From sequence record DRR378314_1044: a stretch of DNA of 64,000 nucleotides, one strand, 5' to 3'. Positions 41,655 through 51,062 of the stretch are shown here, piece after piece. Position numbers and translations under genes: made by a program. The notes beneath the pieces are model-generated. The model ran no database searches and was not told where the DNA came from. It saw only the letters and a list, made by a program, of their open reading frames with translations. Within the stretch, counting starts at the first letter, position 1, and each line of letters opens with the position of its first letter.

Positions 41655-42908
41655 CTAAGTGTACTCGTGTTGATCAGCCGCTTCGAGAGCAGATGCAGCT
41701 GGATTTGCGACCCAATTAATCAGCCCCATGACAAACAAGAGGCCCGCAAAGACCGTGGCCAGAATAAATCCAATCCTCATATCGCCATTGCCGAACTGAT
41801 CGCTCACAACTGCCATTAGCAACGGCGCAAAAGCCGCGGATGCTGCCGTGAAGAACAAGATCAGGCCCGCAACAGCGCCATGATCACTTTTTGGGAAGCA
41901 ACTGATGCCTTTTGAATTCAACGTTGGATAAATCATCGACATGAAAAGTCCCGACAACGGAAGAAGGAAAACCGCTGCCGTTTTTCCGAGAAGCGCACTC
42001 GCAAGAAAGCAGCCGAAAATGATTGCCGTGAAAGCCAGCATTACCAATTTCCAGTCAACGAACCGCAACACAATTGCTCCCATGAACCGACCGATCGCGC
42101 GGAGTACGAAGAAGATCATCACCGCATAGGCCGCAAATCCCATCGCCAACTCTGTTCCCGTGAACCCTTCAAGAAAGGTCGGTAGCCATACAAATATCGC
42201 CACCTCGCAAGCGACGTAGAGCGCTATCGCAAGTGAAAATCCGAACGCGTGCACATTCCCCAAAAGCGATAGTGTATGCCCGATCGAGGCTGGCGTTTCT
42301 TTTTCGCCAGACATGGTCGGATATTCTGTCACCAGTGCCGCAACAACCATTAAACCACATAGGCATGCCGCAATCATGTAGAGCCACGTCCAGGACAGTC
42401 CCTGCGATGTGAGCCACACGACAAGTAGCGGACCGATGATTGCGCCTACACCGAAAAACCCTTCAACAGCATTCATTCGTGCCGTGTGATCTTGCGTCGA
42501 ACCGGCCAGATCGCCAATCAACGCCAATGCTGATGTTTTGAATACACCGATCGCCAGTCCCGAGATGAAGAGCAGTGCGAAGTACAACTGAAAACTCTGA
42601 CCAGACATAAAGAGCGCACTGGCGACACCATACAGGGCCAGTCCGCCAATAATTGTGGACTTCCTCCCGAACCGATCTGCAAGAAAGCCAAGGCCGATAC
42701 CGCTCGCGGCAATAGCGACCATCGTTGCCCAATGGAAAGCACTCGCCTCGGTGTTGGTGAGGTTCATATCCACGCGCGCGATCTTGATAATTTCGCCAAC
42801 TGCGTCCGTGGTCATCGCAAACATGAAGAACATCGCATAGGTAAGCGCCGACACCAGATGGCTACCGGTCCGTCGCGACTTTTGCGATTCCTGTACACTT
42901 TTATGCAT
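41655..42908 (-). CDS. MFS sugar transporter (FucP/GluP-like)
   Basis: About 12 hydrophobic segments, LADRFGRK, LYVACE, SMIYPT. Confidence 0.88.
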   Translation of the reverse strand: MHKSVQESQKSRRTGSHLVSALTYAMFFMFAMTTDAVGEIIKIARVDMNLTNTEASAFHWATMVAIAASGIGLGFLADRFGRKSTIIGGLALYGVASALFMSGQSFQLYFALLFISGLAIGVFKTSALALIGDLAGSTQDHTARMNAVEGFFGVGAIIGPLLVVWLTSQGLSWTWLYMIAACLCGLMVVAALVTEYPTMSGEKETPASIGHTLSLLGNVHAFGFSLAIALYVACEVAIFVWLPTFLEGFTGTELAMGFAAYAVMIFFVLRAIGRFMGAIVLRFVDWKLVMLAFTAIIFGCFLASALLGKTAAVFLLPLSGLFMSMIYPTLNSKGISCFPKSDHGAVAGLILFFTAASAAFAPLLMAVVSDQFGNGDMRIGFILATVFAGLLFVMGLINWVANPAASALEAADQHEYT

Positions 42909-42943
42909 CTTGTCGTTTCCTCTCTATCTGTGGTATTAAAAAA

Positions 42944-42957
42944 TACAATCGATTGCA
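42944..42957. promoter_or_regulatory. Third LacI-type operator
   Basis: TACAATCGATTGCA (1 mismatch to the palindrome) between divergent MFS and ROK genes. Confidence 0.8.
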
Positions 42958-43002
42958 ATACATAAATCCGGTCTTTCTTGTTGTACCGGCGGAGGCGATA
43001 TC

Positions 43003-43914
43003 ATGGGAGGCAAATTCTATCGCGGCGGAATCGACGCCGGTGGCACCACATTCAAATGTGGCGTCGCTGACGAAGAAGGTGTGTTGGTTCAGCAATGCCG
43101 AGTCCGCGTCACCTCTCCAACAGAGACAATTTCGCAATGCCTTGAATTCTTTCGCCCGCTCTACGAATCTGAGCGCTTGAGGTCCTTTGGCATAGCCAGC
43201 TTCGGCCCAATCGACGTTGACCTCAGTTCGCCTGATTATGGCACCATCTTGTCTACGCCCAAGCCTGCATGGTCACATACAAACCTGCGAGCCGCCTTTG
43301 AACAAACCATCGGCCTCCCCGTAGCAGTAGATGTTGACGTAAACGGCGCGCTGCTCGCTGAGCGCACACTGGGCGCAGCGAAAGGAACGAAATCTGCCGT
43401 GTACGTCACGGTTGGCACTGGCATTGGAGCAAGCATCTTTGCGAACGGATCCTTTCTGGGACGCCCAGTGCACCCTGAGTTCGGACATATACCTCTTCGG
43501 CGAAATGAGCGGGACAAGTCGTTTGATTGCCTTTGCCCCTTCCACTCCGATTGTCTGGAAGGAATGATTTCAGCGAAGGCGGTTGGCGCACGCGCTGGCG
43601 AACCTTCTCTTCTGACAGAAGATGACCCCGTTTGGGAGATCGCCGCAGACTATCTGGCTCAAGCGTGTCGGAGCCTGTATTTGACCGCTCGGCCAGAGCG
43701 AATCATTCTTGGCGGCGGCCTGCTGCTTGCGCCTCACCTGATTGGCCGAATACGTCATGCATTTTATGATCAAATGGGCGGGTATCTCAGCATGGGCTGG
43801 GACGCGACTGTGGATCTTATCACCACGCCTGATCTAGGCGACAATGCCGGGTTGATGGGTGCCATCCTTTTGGGAAAGGTTGATCGCTCGCAGCATTTTG
43901 CTCTGCTCGCATAG
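43003..43914 (+). CDS. ROK family fructokinase
   Basis: GIDAGGT, GIASFGP, DVNGA, TVGTGIG, HPEFGH, CPFH.DCLEG. Confidence 0.88.
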   Translation: MGGKFYRGGIDAGGTTFKCGVADEEGVLVQQCRVRVTSPTETISQCLEFFRPLYESERLRSFGIASFGPIDVDLSSPDYGTILSTPKPAWSHTNLRAAFEQTIGLPVAVDVDVNGALLAERTLGAAKGTKSAVYVTVGTGIGASIFANGSFLGRPVHPEFGHIPLRRNERDKSFDCLCPFHSDCLEGMISAKAVGARAGEPSLLTEDDPVWEIAADYLAQACRSLYLTARPERIILGGGLLLAPHLIGRIRHAFYDQMGGYLSMGWDATVDLITTPDLGDNAGLMGAILLGKVDRSQHFALLA

Positions 43915-44022
43915 TGCGCCCTACGCACAAGGCTTAAGAACAACCCCCACGAGTTCTTCAAAAGCGCTGCCGCCTCATGGTGCGAAACCTCGTGCCTTGC
44001 TCAAATAGTCACATCTTTTCTC

Positions 44023-44047
44023 GCAACCTTTCCGAGTGAAATGTGTT
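44023..44047 (+). promoter_or_regulatory. Putative EcfG/SigT-type promoter
   Basis: GCAAC-N16-TGTT versus consensus GGAAC-N16/17-(C)GTT, upstream of otsA. Confidence 0.4.
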
Positions 44048-44096
44048 GCAGTGGTCAAAGCTTGAACTTTGCTTCGACCATATGATGAGGAATACC

Positions 44097-45485
44097 GTGT
44101 CCAGACTAGTCGTATACTCCAATAGACTTCCATTGGGACAAACCGCATCTGGCGGCCTGGTTGTCGCACTGCAGAAGACCATGGAGAGCCAAGGTGGCGT
44201 ATGGATTGGCACCAAGCTCGATGAGTCCATCTCCGATCATTTCTTGAAAGAGTATGATGGCGGAAAGTTTGATCGCCACGCACTTCATCTGCAGCCGAGC
44301 GAGTACAATGACTACTATCTGGGATACGCGAACTCGGTCCTGTGGCCATTGTTTCATGGACGCACAGACCTACTGGACGTTGCTCACGGCCAACTAGCGG
44401 CTTACGCCAGTGTGAACCAAAAATTGGCCGAAGCAACGAGACACTTGATTGCAGACGACGATACGATCTGGATTCACGATTATCACTTCATCCCACTGGC
44501 GTCAGAATTAAGAAAATTGGGCGTCCAAAACCCGATTGGGTTTTTTCTTCACACGCCTTTCCCGACTTCAAGCGATGTCCACGCCCTCACTCACAAACGC
44601 AACCTGTTGGACTGGCTGCCTGCTTATGACCTTGTAGGTCTACAAACCCAGCGCGATGTGTCAGCAATGATTGAAGTCTGTAGAACAGTATTCGGCGGAC
44701 AGATGCTTTCAGACGGTCGCATAAGATGCCAAGGTCGGGATATCTGGCCGGCCAGTTTCCCCATAGGTATTGAGGCCGAGAATTTTCGGCGAACAGCAGA
44801 AGCCCAGAAACCCCTGGCGCCCCAAATCGCATCAGGGCAAAGACTGCTTATCGGCGTCGATAGACTGGATTATTCAAAAGGCCTGCCTCACAAGTTTCGC
44901 GGTTTCCAACGCTACCTTGAGGATAGAGCATCAAGCGATTCACCGCTAACCTTGCTTCAAATTGCGTCACCAACGCGAGAAGATGTTGAGGCGTACCAGG
45001 AAGTTCGCCGAGAACTGGAACAAATTACCGGCGAGGTAAATGGCAGGTTTGCCGAACTGGGTTACATCCCAATTCAATACATTCATCGATCAGTGCCCAG
45101 GGACTATCTGGCCGGCCTTTATCGCCGAGCCGATATTGCATTGGTGACCCCCCTCATCGACGGGATGAATCTCGTGGCGAAAGAGTACATTGCCGCGCAG
45201 GATCCAGCAGATCCGGGCGTTCTGATCCTCTCAGAGGCCGCTGGGGCTGCTGAACAGCTGAAAGTTGGCGCGCTGATGGTGAACCCCTTCGACCCCGGGT
45301 CTGTCTCAGAAGCGATTCAAAGTGCCGCAAGCATGAGCCGTGAAGAACGAATTGAGCGCCATCAGTCGCAATGGAACGAAATCGCACGACACGATGTGCA
45401 TTGGTGGACTGGAACATTCCTCAACAGTCTGAGGAGAAACGCTGCGCAGAGAATTGAACACGATTCAATTCTCCGGTTGGCGTGA
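44097..45485 (+). CDS. otsA: Trehalose-6-phosphate synthase (GT20)
   Basis: SNRLP, GGLV, LWPLFH, WIHDYH, FLHTPFP, DRLDYSKG, DGMNLVAKEY. Confidence 0.9.
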   Translation: MSRLVVYSNRLPLGQTASGGLVVALQKTMESQGGVWIGTKLDESISDHFLKEYDGGKFDRHALHLQPSEYNDYYLGYANSVLWPLFHGRTDLLDVAHGQLAAYASVNQKLAEATRHLIADDDTIWIHDYHFIPLASELRKLGVQNPIGFFLHTPFPTSSDVHALTHKRNLLDWLPAYDLVGLQTQRDVSAMIEVCRTVFGGQMLSDGRIRCQGRDIWPASFPIGIEAENFRRTAEAQKPLAPQIASGQRLLIGVDRLDYSKGLPHKFRGFQRYLEDRASSDSPLTLLQIASPTREDVEAYQEVRRELEQITGEVNGRFAELGYIPIQYIHRSVPRDYLAGLYRRADIALVTPLIDGMNLVAKEYIAAQDPADPGVLILSEAAGAAEQLKVGALMVNPFDPGSVSEAIQSAASMSREERIERHQSQWNEIARHDVHWWTGTFLNSLRRNAAQRIEHDSILRLA

Positions 45486-45493
45486 CCTTCAAG

Positions 45494-45724
45494 TTAGTCG
45501 GGCTCTTCGTCGACACGTTCAATCTGAGTGGGTACCGAGCCGAGGGCAATCGGATCTCCATCTCCCTTAAAGTGACTTACTGCGTCCTCCTTCTCGGGTT
45601 CGGCTGGCCCCTCACCGGGCAACATTTGCTCGCGCCGACGCTTGGCTGCGTGATCTATTTGACTGGCCTCGCTAGGTGTTGTTCGCGGATGGGCTGCGGT
45701 TTCCAGAGTCTTCCGGGTCATCAT
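45494..45724 (-). CDS. Small hydrophilic hypothetical protein (76 aa)
   Basis: GAGGTG RBS; fills the gap between otsA and acr3; disordered-looking composition. Confidence 0.55.
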   Translation of the reverse strand: MMTRKTLETAAHPRTTPSEASQIDHAAKRRREQMLPGEGPAEPEKEDAVSHFKGDGDPIALGSVPTQIERVDEEPD

Positions 45725-45790
45725 GTTCACCTCTTTAAAACTCATCAACTCTCCGAACCGCTCAAGGTTTCATCGGATCAGTCGCAGCCT

Positions 45791-46813
45791 CTAATCGGAA
45801 GAAAAATTTCCTCTTGTTCGGTTCGCGAATGCGACAAGCGACAACATGACTGGCACTTCAACAAGCACTCCAACCACAGTCGCCAACGCAGCGCCGGAGT
45901 TCAAACCGAACAGACTGATCGCTACCGCCACCGCAAGTTCAAAGAAATTTGAAGTCCCGATCAGAGCACAAGGAGCGGCAATATTGTGTGGCACCTTCCA
46001 GGCCCAGGCAGCTCCGTAGGCAAGCGCAAAAATTGCATATGATTGGATCAGGATTGGTACAGAAATCAGAACAATGATCAGTGGATCAGACAGAATCACG
46101 CGGCCCTGGAACCCAAAAAGCAAAATGACTGTGCCGAGCAACCCAATAATGGAAAGCGGCTTCATATGTGACAGAAAGCGATGCAGGTGCGGTTCTCCCC
46201 CGCGACCCAATAGAAACGAACGCAACGCCACACCAGCTGCGAGCGGCAGCAGGACGTACAGTCCTACAGATAGTATCAGCGTCTCCCACGGAACACTCAA
46301 TTCAGTCACACCAAGAAGAACGGCAACAATTGGCGCAAAAGCGAATACCATAATGGCGTCATTCACGCTGACTTGAACCAATGTGTAGTTTGGATCTCCA
46401 CGCGTAAGCTGGGACCACACGAATACCATTGCTGTACACGGAGCCGCACCCAACAGTATCAATCCGGCAATGTATTGGTTGGCGTTTTCCGCAGGGATAA
46501 GATCTGCAAACACGTATCGGAAGAACAAAACGCCCAGCGCGGCCATGCTGAAGGGCTTTACGAACCAATTTACGATCAAGGTTATCATCAAGCCCTTCGG
46601 CTTCTTGCCAACGTCCTTCAATGTGGAGAAATCGACACCCATCATCATTGGTAGAACCATCGCCCAGATCAGCACGGCTACTGGAAAATTGACGTTTGCA
46701 TACTCGAACGACGCCAAGTCCCGAAATATACCGGGAAGCATCTGCCCCAATCCTATGCCCAGGGCGATCGCAGCAGCGACCCACAGCGACAGGTACCGTT
46801 CAAATTTTCCCAT
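45791..46813 (-). CDS. acr3: ACR3 family arsenite efflux transporter
   Basis: [38 protein letters not shown]. Confidence 0.95.
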   Translation of the reverse strand: MGKFERYLSLWVAAAIALGIGLGQMLPGIFRDLASFEYANVNFPVAVLIWAMVLPMMMGVDFSTLKDVGKKPKGLMITLIVNWFVKPFSMAALGVLFFRYVFADLIPAENANQYIAGLILLGAAPCTAMVFVWSQLTRGDPNYTLVQVSVNDAIMVFAFAPIVAVLLGVTELSVPWETLILSVGLYVLLPLAAGVALRSFLLGRGGEPHLHRFLSHMKPLSIIGLLGTVILLFGFQGRVILSDPLIIVLISVPILIQSYAIFALAYGAAWAWKVPHNIAAPCALIGTSNFFELAVAVAISLFGLNSGAALATVVGVLVEVPVMLSLVAFANRTRGNFSSD

Positions 46814-46912
46814 CGAGGTCTCCTACCAATCGGCACTCTTGCCAGATCCAGCGGGACACCAAGACAAATGCGCTCCGCCAGCTTCGGATCGCACATAGTA
46901 CGGCAAGATCAT

Positions 46913-46934
46913 TATTTCAACGTTTATTGAAATA
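46913..46934. promoter_or_regulatory. Putative ArsR operator
   Basis: TATTTCAA-CGTTTA-TTGAAATA inverted repeat upstream of acr3. Confidence 0.65.
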
Positions 46935-46939
46935 TCAAA

Positions 46940-47275
46940 TCAGCATTTGACGACGCTGATATTGGATAGTGACCCGCAGACTTCGGGCCGTCCTCGACAA
47001 CAATTCTCGACAAGAACCGACAATAGTTCACTGACGTTTTCGAACTCTGCGCGATAGATCATATGTCGACCATCACGCGCGACGCTTACGAGACCGGAGC
47101 TGACCAGGATATTCATGTGCCCCGACAATTTGTTAGGCGCGACATCCAACTCTCTCGCGATAGCGCCCGCTTGGAGCCCCTCCGGTCCCGCCTCCATCAA
47201 AGCACGAAATGCCAATAGTCGCGTTTCCTGTCCGAGCGCAGACAATTGCTTAAGCGTGGGGGCGAGATCTGTCAT
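46940..47275 (-). CDS. arsR: ArsR/SmtB regulator with C-terminal CC motif
   Basis: LSALGQETRL..F..L..AGPEG, LSGH, ENCCRGRPEVC. Confidence 0.88.
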   Translation of the reverse strand: MTDLAPTLKQLSALGQETRLLAFRALMEAGPEGLQAGAIARELDVAPNKLSGHMNILVSSGLVSVARDGRHMIYRAEFENVSELLSVLVENCCRGRPEVCGSLSNISVVKC

Positions 47276-47443
47276 GCGAACAAATGTAGTCGCTGCCGGG
47301 TAAATGTATAGCTCTGGAAAGAACGGCGAAGACGATGCTGCAGCCGCCACATCCTCTCACCTCAACGATCTCCGACAGTTGCCATTCCTTCGTCCCTGAT
47401 ACGAGACAAACCGCCAAACACCTCCCCGCGATGGCAAATCCTA

Positions 47444-47518
47444 ATTGCGAGTAATTTTCATTTGCAAAAAAAGCGCAGCGGAGGTATTCGGGCCGCCTAG
47501 TTGCGACTGAGTTGCATT
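47444..47518. promoter_or_regulatory. Two alphaproteobacterial Fur-like boxes
   Basis: TGCGA-GTAAT-TTTCA (47446-47460) and TGCGA-CTGAG-TTGCA (47502-47516) resemble TGCGA-N5-TCGCA. Confidence 0.6.
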
Positions 47519-47540
47519 TTCTACTTCTATGGAGGGGTCC

Positions 47541-49526
47541 ATGAACCACACTATTCGCAAGAACACCCTACTAGGCGCCACCGCTATCGTCACAGCCATC
47601 GCGTTCAGCACGCCTGCATTGGCGCAGGATGCATCAGGTTCCGATGACGCCGAATTCCTTGGAACGCTAACTCTTGGGGAGAGTAAGCGCGAAGTCCAAG
47701 CTGATACGGCGACTCCCGTTACGGTAATCGATCAAGAGGAAATAGATGACAGGCAAGCGAGTACGGTGGCGGAGTTGATCGATTCTGTTCCCGGCGTATC
47801 TCTCGTGAACGGATCCACGCCAGTTGGCTCAGGCATCAACATCAGGGGTTTCGGCGCGAACGGCACATACGGCACCGACCAGAAAGTTGCCATTCAAATT
47901 GACGGTGCGAGTGTCGGGTCGGAAGAACTATATCGTGTTGGCACTCAATTGTTTACCGATCCATACCTCTACAAGAGCGTTGAAGTCATTCGGGGAACGG
48001 TCGGCAGCTTTGAATATGGATCCGGCATCATTGGCGGCGTTGTACGCCTTGAAACCATTGATGCGTCAGATCTGACAGGTGGTGAACCAGGCTTCGCGCT
48101 TCGCCAGACACTCGGCGGCGCAACGAACATGGATGGCTTCAACTCTTCAACAACACTCGCAATTCAGCCAACCGAAAATTTCGAAGTACTGGCAAACTAT
48201 TCCTGGCGTGAACAACACAACCAAGAAGATGGTCACGACCGCGTCATCGAGAATAGTGAATTTGAGCTGCCGTCCTACCTCGTGAAAGCGCGCTACTCCG
48301 CCGGAGACCACAGTGTCACAGCCAGCTACACAAACACAGAGACGACCGAACGCGACAAGCCGTACGACTCTTTTGGAACCACCGGTGGATCATTCGGTAA
48401 CGTCGATCGAGACACGACGTCAGAAACCATCGCACTGAAATACAACTACAACCCTCTCACGAACGACCTGATCAATCTCGACGTAATCTACTCATACGCA
48501 AATCAAGAAATCGATCAGACCTGCATCGTTGGCAGCGGGCCATTCGGGTGTTTCGCGACAGTTGATGCAGACCACCAGTATGAAACCTCAAAGTTAACGG
48601 TGAAGAACTCTGCCTTCATTGAGGCGGGGGTCCTTACGCACGACATTCGCGCTGGCCTCGAGTACATTTTGAAAGAACGTCTGGATGCCAGCTCTGCTCC
48701 AGGAGGCGAAGACAACAGATACGCATTCTTTGTTGTGGACAATATCGAGTTCGGCGGGGGTTGGAGCTTTACTCCGGCACTTCGCTTCGAGACTTCAGAA
48801 GTGGAAGGCGTTCTCGATGACGGCAGCAATGCGAGCTATGATAATGATGCGCTCATGGGTGGCGCTTCGCTCCGCTATGAGTTCGACAATGGCATCGCTC
48901 TGTTCGGCAGCTATGCGTACACAGAAAGCCTTCCAATCCTCGACGATCTTGAGAACGAAACCTATATGACCCAGCCTGAAATAGGAGAAACGGTCGAAAT
49001 CGGTGGCTCATATGATCGTATCGGCGTGTTTGGCCGCGATGACTCGCTATCTATCAAAGCCAATTTTTACCGGACCGATCTTGAAGACAATACATCCTAT
49101 TCCGGCGTCGATTCCGTTGAACTGTCCGGCCTGGAATTGGAAGGGTCATACGCTCGACGCGACGGCACTTACGTCGATGTCAACGCCAACATCGTTGATG
49201 GTGAGCAAACCAACACGACCGGCACAAAGTCTGACTGGCGAAACCTCACTGCTGACAGCATGCGCGTGACACTTGGCAAGAGATTCTCGCCGCTCGCTGA
49301 CCTGTCCACGGAGTTTGTTGCAGCCGCGGACGATGAGATTAATGATCGCCCCGGCTATGTCACGGTCAATCTGCGCGCCACAATCACGCCACAGGAAGGC
49401 GTTCTGGAAGGCACCTCATTCCGCTTCGGAATCGAGAATGCACTGGACATGAACTACATGCCAGCGCTCGCCACCCGGACCGCTGCGGGACGCAATATCA
49501 AATTCACGGTGTCAAAATCCTTCTAG
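47541..49526 (+). CDS. TonB-dependent receptor (iron/heme-type, short)
   Basis: Signal peptide, plug VPGV..INIRG..VEVIRG..GGVV, GIENALD, C-terminal F; GGAGG RBS. Confidence 0.9.
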   Translation: MNHTIRKNTLLGATAIVTAIAFSTPALAQDASGSDDAEFLGTLTLGESKREVQADTATPVTVIDQEEIDDRQASTVAELIDSVPGVSLVNGSTPVGSGINIRGFGANGTYGTDQKVAIQIDGASVGSEELYRVGTQLFTDPYLYKSVEVIRGTVGSFEYGSGIIGGVVRLETIDASDLTGGEPGFALRQTLGGATNMDGFNSSTTLAIQPTENFEVLANYSWREQHNQEDGHDRVIENSEFELPSYLVKARYSAGDHSVTASYTNTETTERDKPYDSFGTTGGSFGNVDRDTTSETIALKYNYNPLTNDLINLDVIYSYANQEIDQTCIVGSGPFGCFATVDADHQYETSKLTVKNSAFIEAGVLTHDIRAGLEYILKERLDASSAPGGEDNRYAFFVVDNIEFGGGWSFTPALRFETSEVEGVLDDGSNASYDNDALMGGASLRYEFDNGIALFGSYAYTESLPILDDLENETYMTQPEIGETVEIGGSYDRIGVFGRDDSLSIKANFYRTDLEDNTSYSGVDSVELSGLELEGSYARRDGTYVDVNANIVDGEQTNTTGTKSDWRNLTADSMRVTLGKRFSPLADLSTEFVAAADDEINDRPGYVTVNLRATITPQEGVLEGTSFRFGIENALDMNYMPALATRTAAGRNIKFTVSKSF

Positions 49527-49557
49527 AAGGAGCTCCGACCTTCTAGTCCGTGGAAAG

Positions 49558-49591
49558 GCAAGCACCGAGCGCACTGTTGCTCGGTGCTTGC
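49558..49591 (+). other. Intercistronic stem-loop without U-tail
   Basis: GCAAGCACCGAGC-N8-GCTCGGTGCTTGC between TBDR and exbB. Confidence 0.6.
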
Positions 49592-49655
49592 AGCCATCGG
49601 CAGACGACATCGACCATCGAATTATGATATTTTCGAACCGTGAACGGACATACTT

Positions 49656-50288
49656 ATGCTCACCATGTTTCAATCCCTTTATCAGGTCGGCGGCCCCGTC
49701 CTCGTACTAATCATCGCAATATCGACGTTTACTCTGGCGTTAATAGTTTACAAGTATTGGCAGTTTCGCTCTGACAAAATCGGACAGTTGAAAGCTATCA
49801 AGTCCGCTCTGTCCTCGTTGAATCGTGGTGATGTCAGAGAGGTCTACACGCTTTTATCCGGGTCAAGCCATTGGCTCGCTCAACTCCTGATCGACGCGAT
49901 CCCGCTAAGGGATCGCGAGGGCCTGATTCCTCGCTTGGAAGCGGAAGCCGAGCAGTCTCTGCAGCCGTATGAAAGTGGCTTTCGAATTCTGGACACAATC
50001 GCTCAACTTGCACCTCTGCTTGGACTGTTGGGAACGGTTCTGGGCATGATTGAGGCATTTCAGGCGCTTCAAACCGCCGGCTCTCAAGTTGATCCGGCCG
50101 TCCTTGCTGGCGGCATTTGGGTCGCACTGCTCACAACGGCCGCTGGTCTTTCCGTCGCCATGCCGACATCGATCGCGCTCTCATGGTTCGAAGCTCAAAT
50201 TGATCGTGAACGCGCAATGGCAGAGCATGCTTTTACCGTCTTAGTCACTCCTACATCGGAAGAGCCCACCAGCACCAAACTGGAGTAA
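49656..50288 (+). CDS. exbB: ExbB/TolQ proton channel
   Basis: APLLGLLGTVLGMIEAF, GGIWVALLTTAAGL. Confidence 0.92.
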   Translation: MLTMFQSLYQVGGPVLVLIIAISTFTLALIVYKYWQFRSDKIGQLKAIKSALSSLNRGDVREVYTLLSGSSHWLAQLLIDAIPLRDREGLIPRLEAEAEQSLQPYESGFRILDTIAQLAPLLGLLGTVLGMIEAFQALQTAGSQVDPAVLAGGIWVALLTTAAGLSVAMPTSIALSWFEAQIDRERAMAEHAFTVLVTPTSEEPTSTKLE

Positions 50289-50295
50289 CTGAACC

Positions 50296-50685
50296 ATGGC
50301 ATTAAAACGGGTTCGCCGACGCCGTCGCGCTTCAATCACCTCTCTTATAGATGTGATATTCTTGTTGTTATTGTTCTTCATGCTGGCATCCACTTTCTCG
50401 GATTTTTCCGAATTTGAGATTTCATCAGCGGAATCCCATGACGGTGTCGATAGCGATCCTCATGTGATCAAGCTACTGGTTACTAGTAATGGCGTCGACC
50501 TGTACGGAAAAACTATTCATTTCGAAAATCTATCCACCGAGCTTCAAGCTCTTATCAGACCAGAGAGCAGTTCCATTGTAGCGGTAGGCGTTACCGAGCA
50601 AGCGACTACGCAGAACCTGATTGATGCTTTGTCCCTCATTCGAACATTCGAAAACTTTGAGATCGTCGTCGAGGAGTCCTCATGA
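50296..50685 (+). CDS. exbD: ExbD/TolR protein
   Basis: ITSLIDVIFLLLLFFM. Confidence 0.9.
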   Translation: MALKRVRRRRRASITSLIDVIFLLLLFFMLASTFSDFSEFEISSAESHDGVDSDPHVIKLLVTSNGVDLYGKTIHFENLSTELQALIRPESSSIVAVGVTEQATTQNLIDALSLIRTFENFEIVVEESS

Positions 50686-51062
50686 AGCGTCTTCGTCAAA
50701 AGCCTCAGCGCGATCCTGTGATCTCGTTGATCAACATTGTATTCCTTATTCTGATTTTTTTCATGGTGGCTGGTTCTCTGTCGTCACCGCCAGATCCGTC
50801 CATAAAGTTTGTTCAGACGCAAAACCTTGAATGTTGCGTCCCGCCGGATGCTATTTCAATAGATGAGTTTGGACATTTCACCCAGTCTGGCGGTGTGATC
50901 ACGATTGATAAACTTGTTGCGGAACACCGAGACCAAACTGAGCCTCTAAGATTGCTGCCGGATAGAGAGTTACCCGCAAGGCGGCTGCTTCAACGGATCA
51001 AACAGCTTCGCATGAGAGGCCTGACCGATATCATCATCGTTACCGAGGATACGAGTAAGTGA
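50682..51062 (+). CDS. exbD: Second ExbD (Asn in place of the TM Asp)
   Basis: ISLINIVFLILIFFMV. Confidence 0.85.
   Translation: MKRLRQKPQRDPVISLINIVFLILIFFMVAGSLSSPPDPSIKFVQTQNLECCVPPDAISIDEFGHFTQSGGVITIDKLVAEHRDQTEPLRLLPDRELPARRLLQRIKQLRMRGLTDIIIVTEDTSK

Noticed and set aside
47280-47540. Cobalamin riboswitch upstream of the TBDR
   Set aside because: No B12-box or GGGAA..GCCCCCGCAACTGT elements; Fur-like boxes explain the region better
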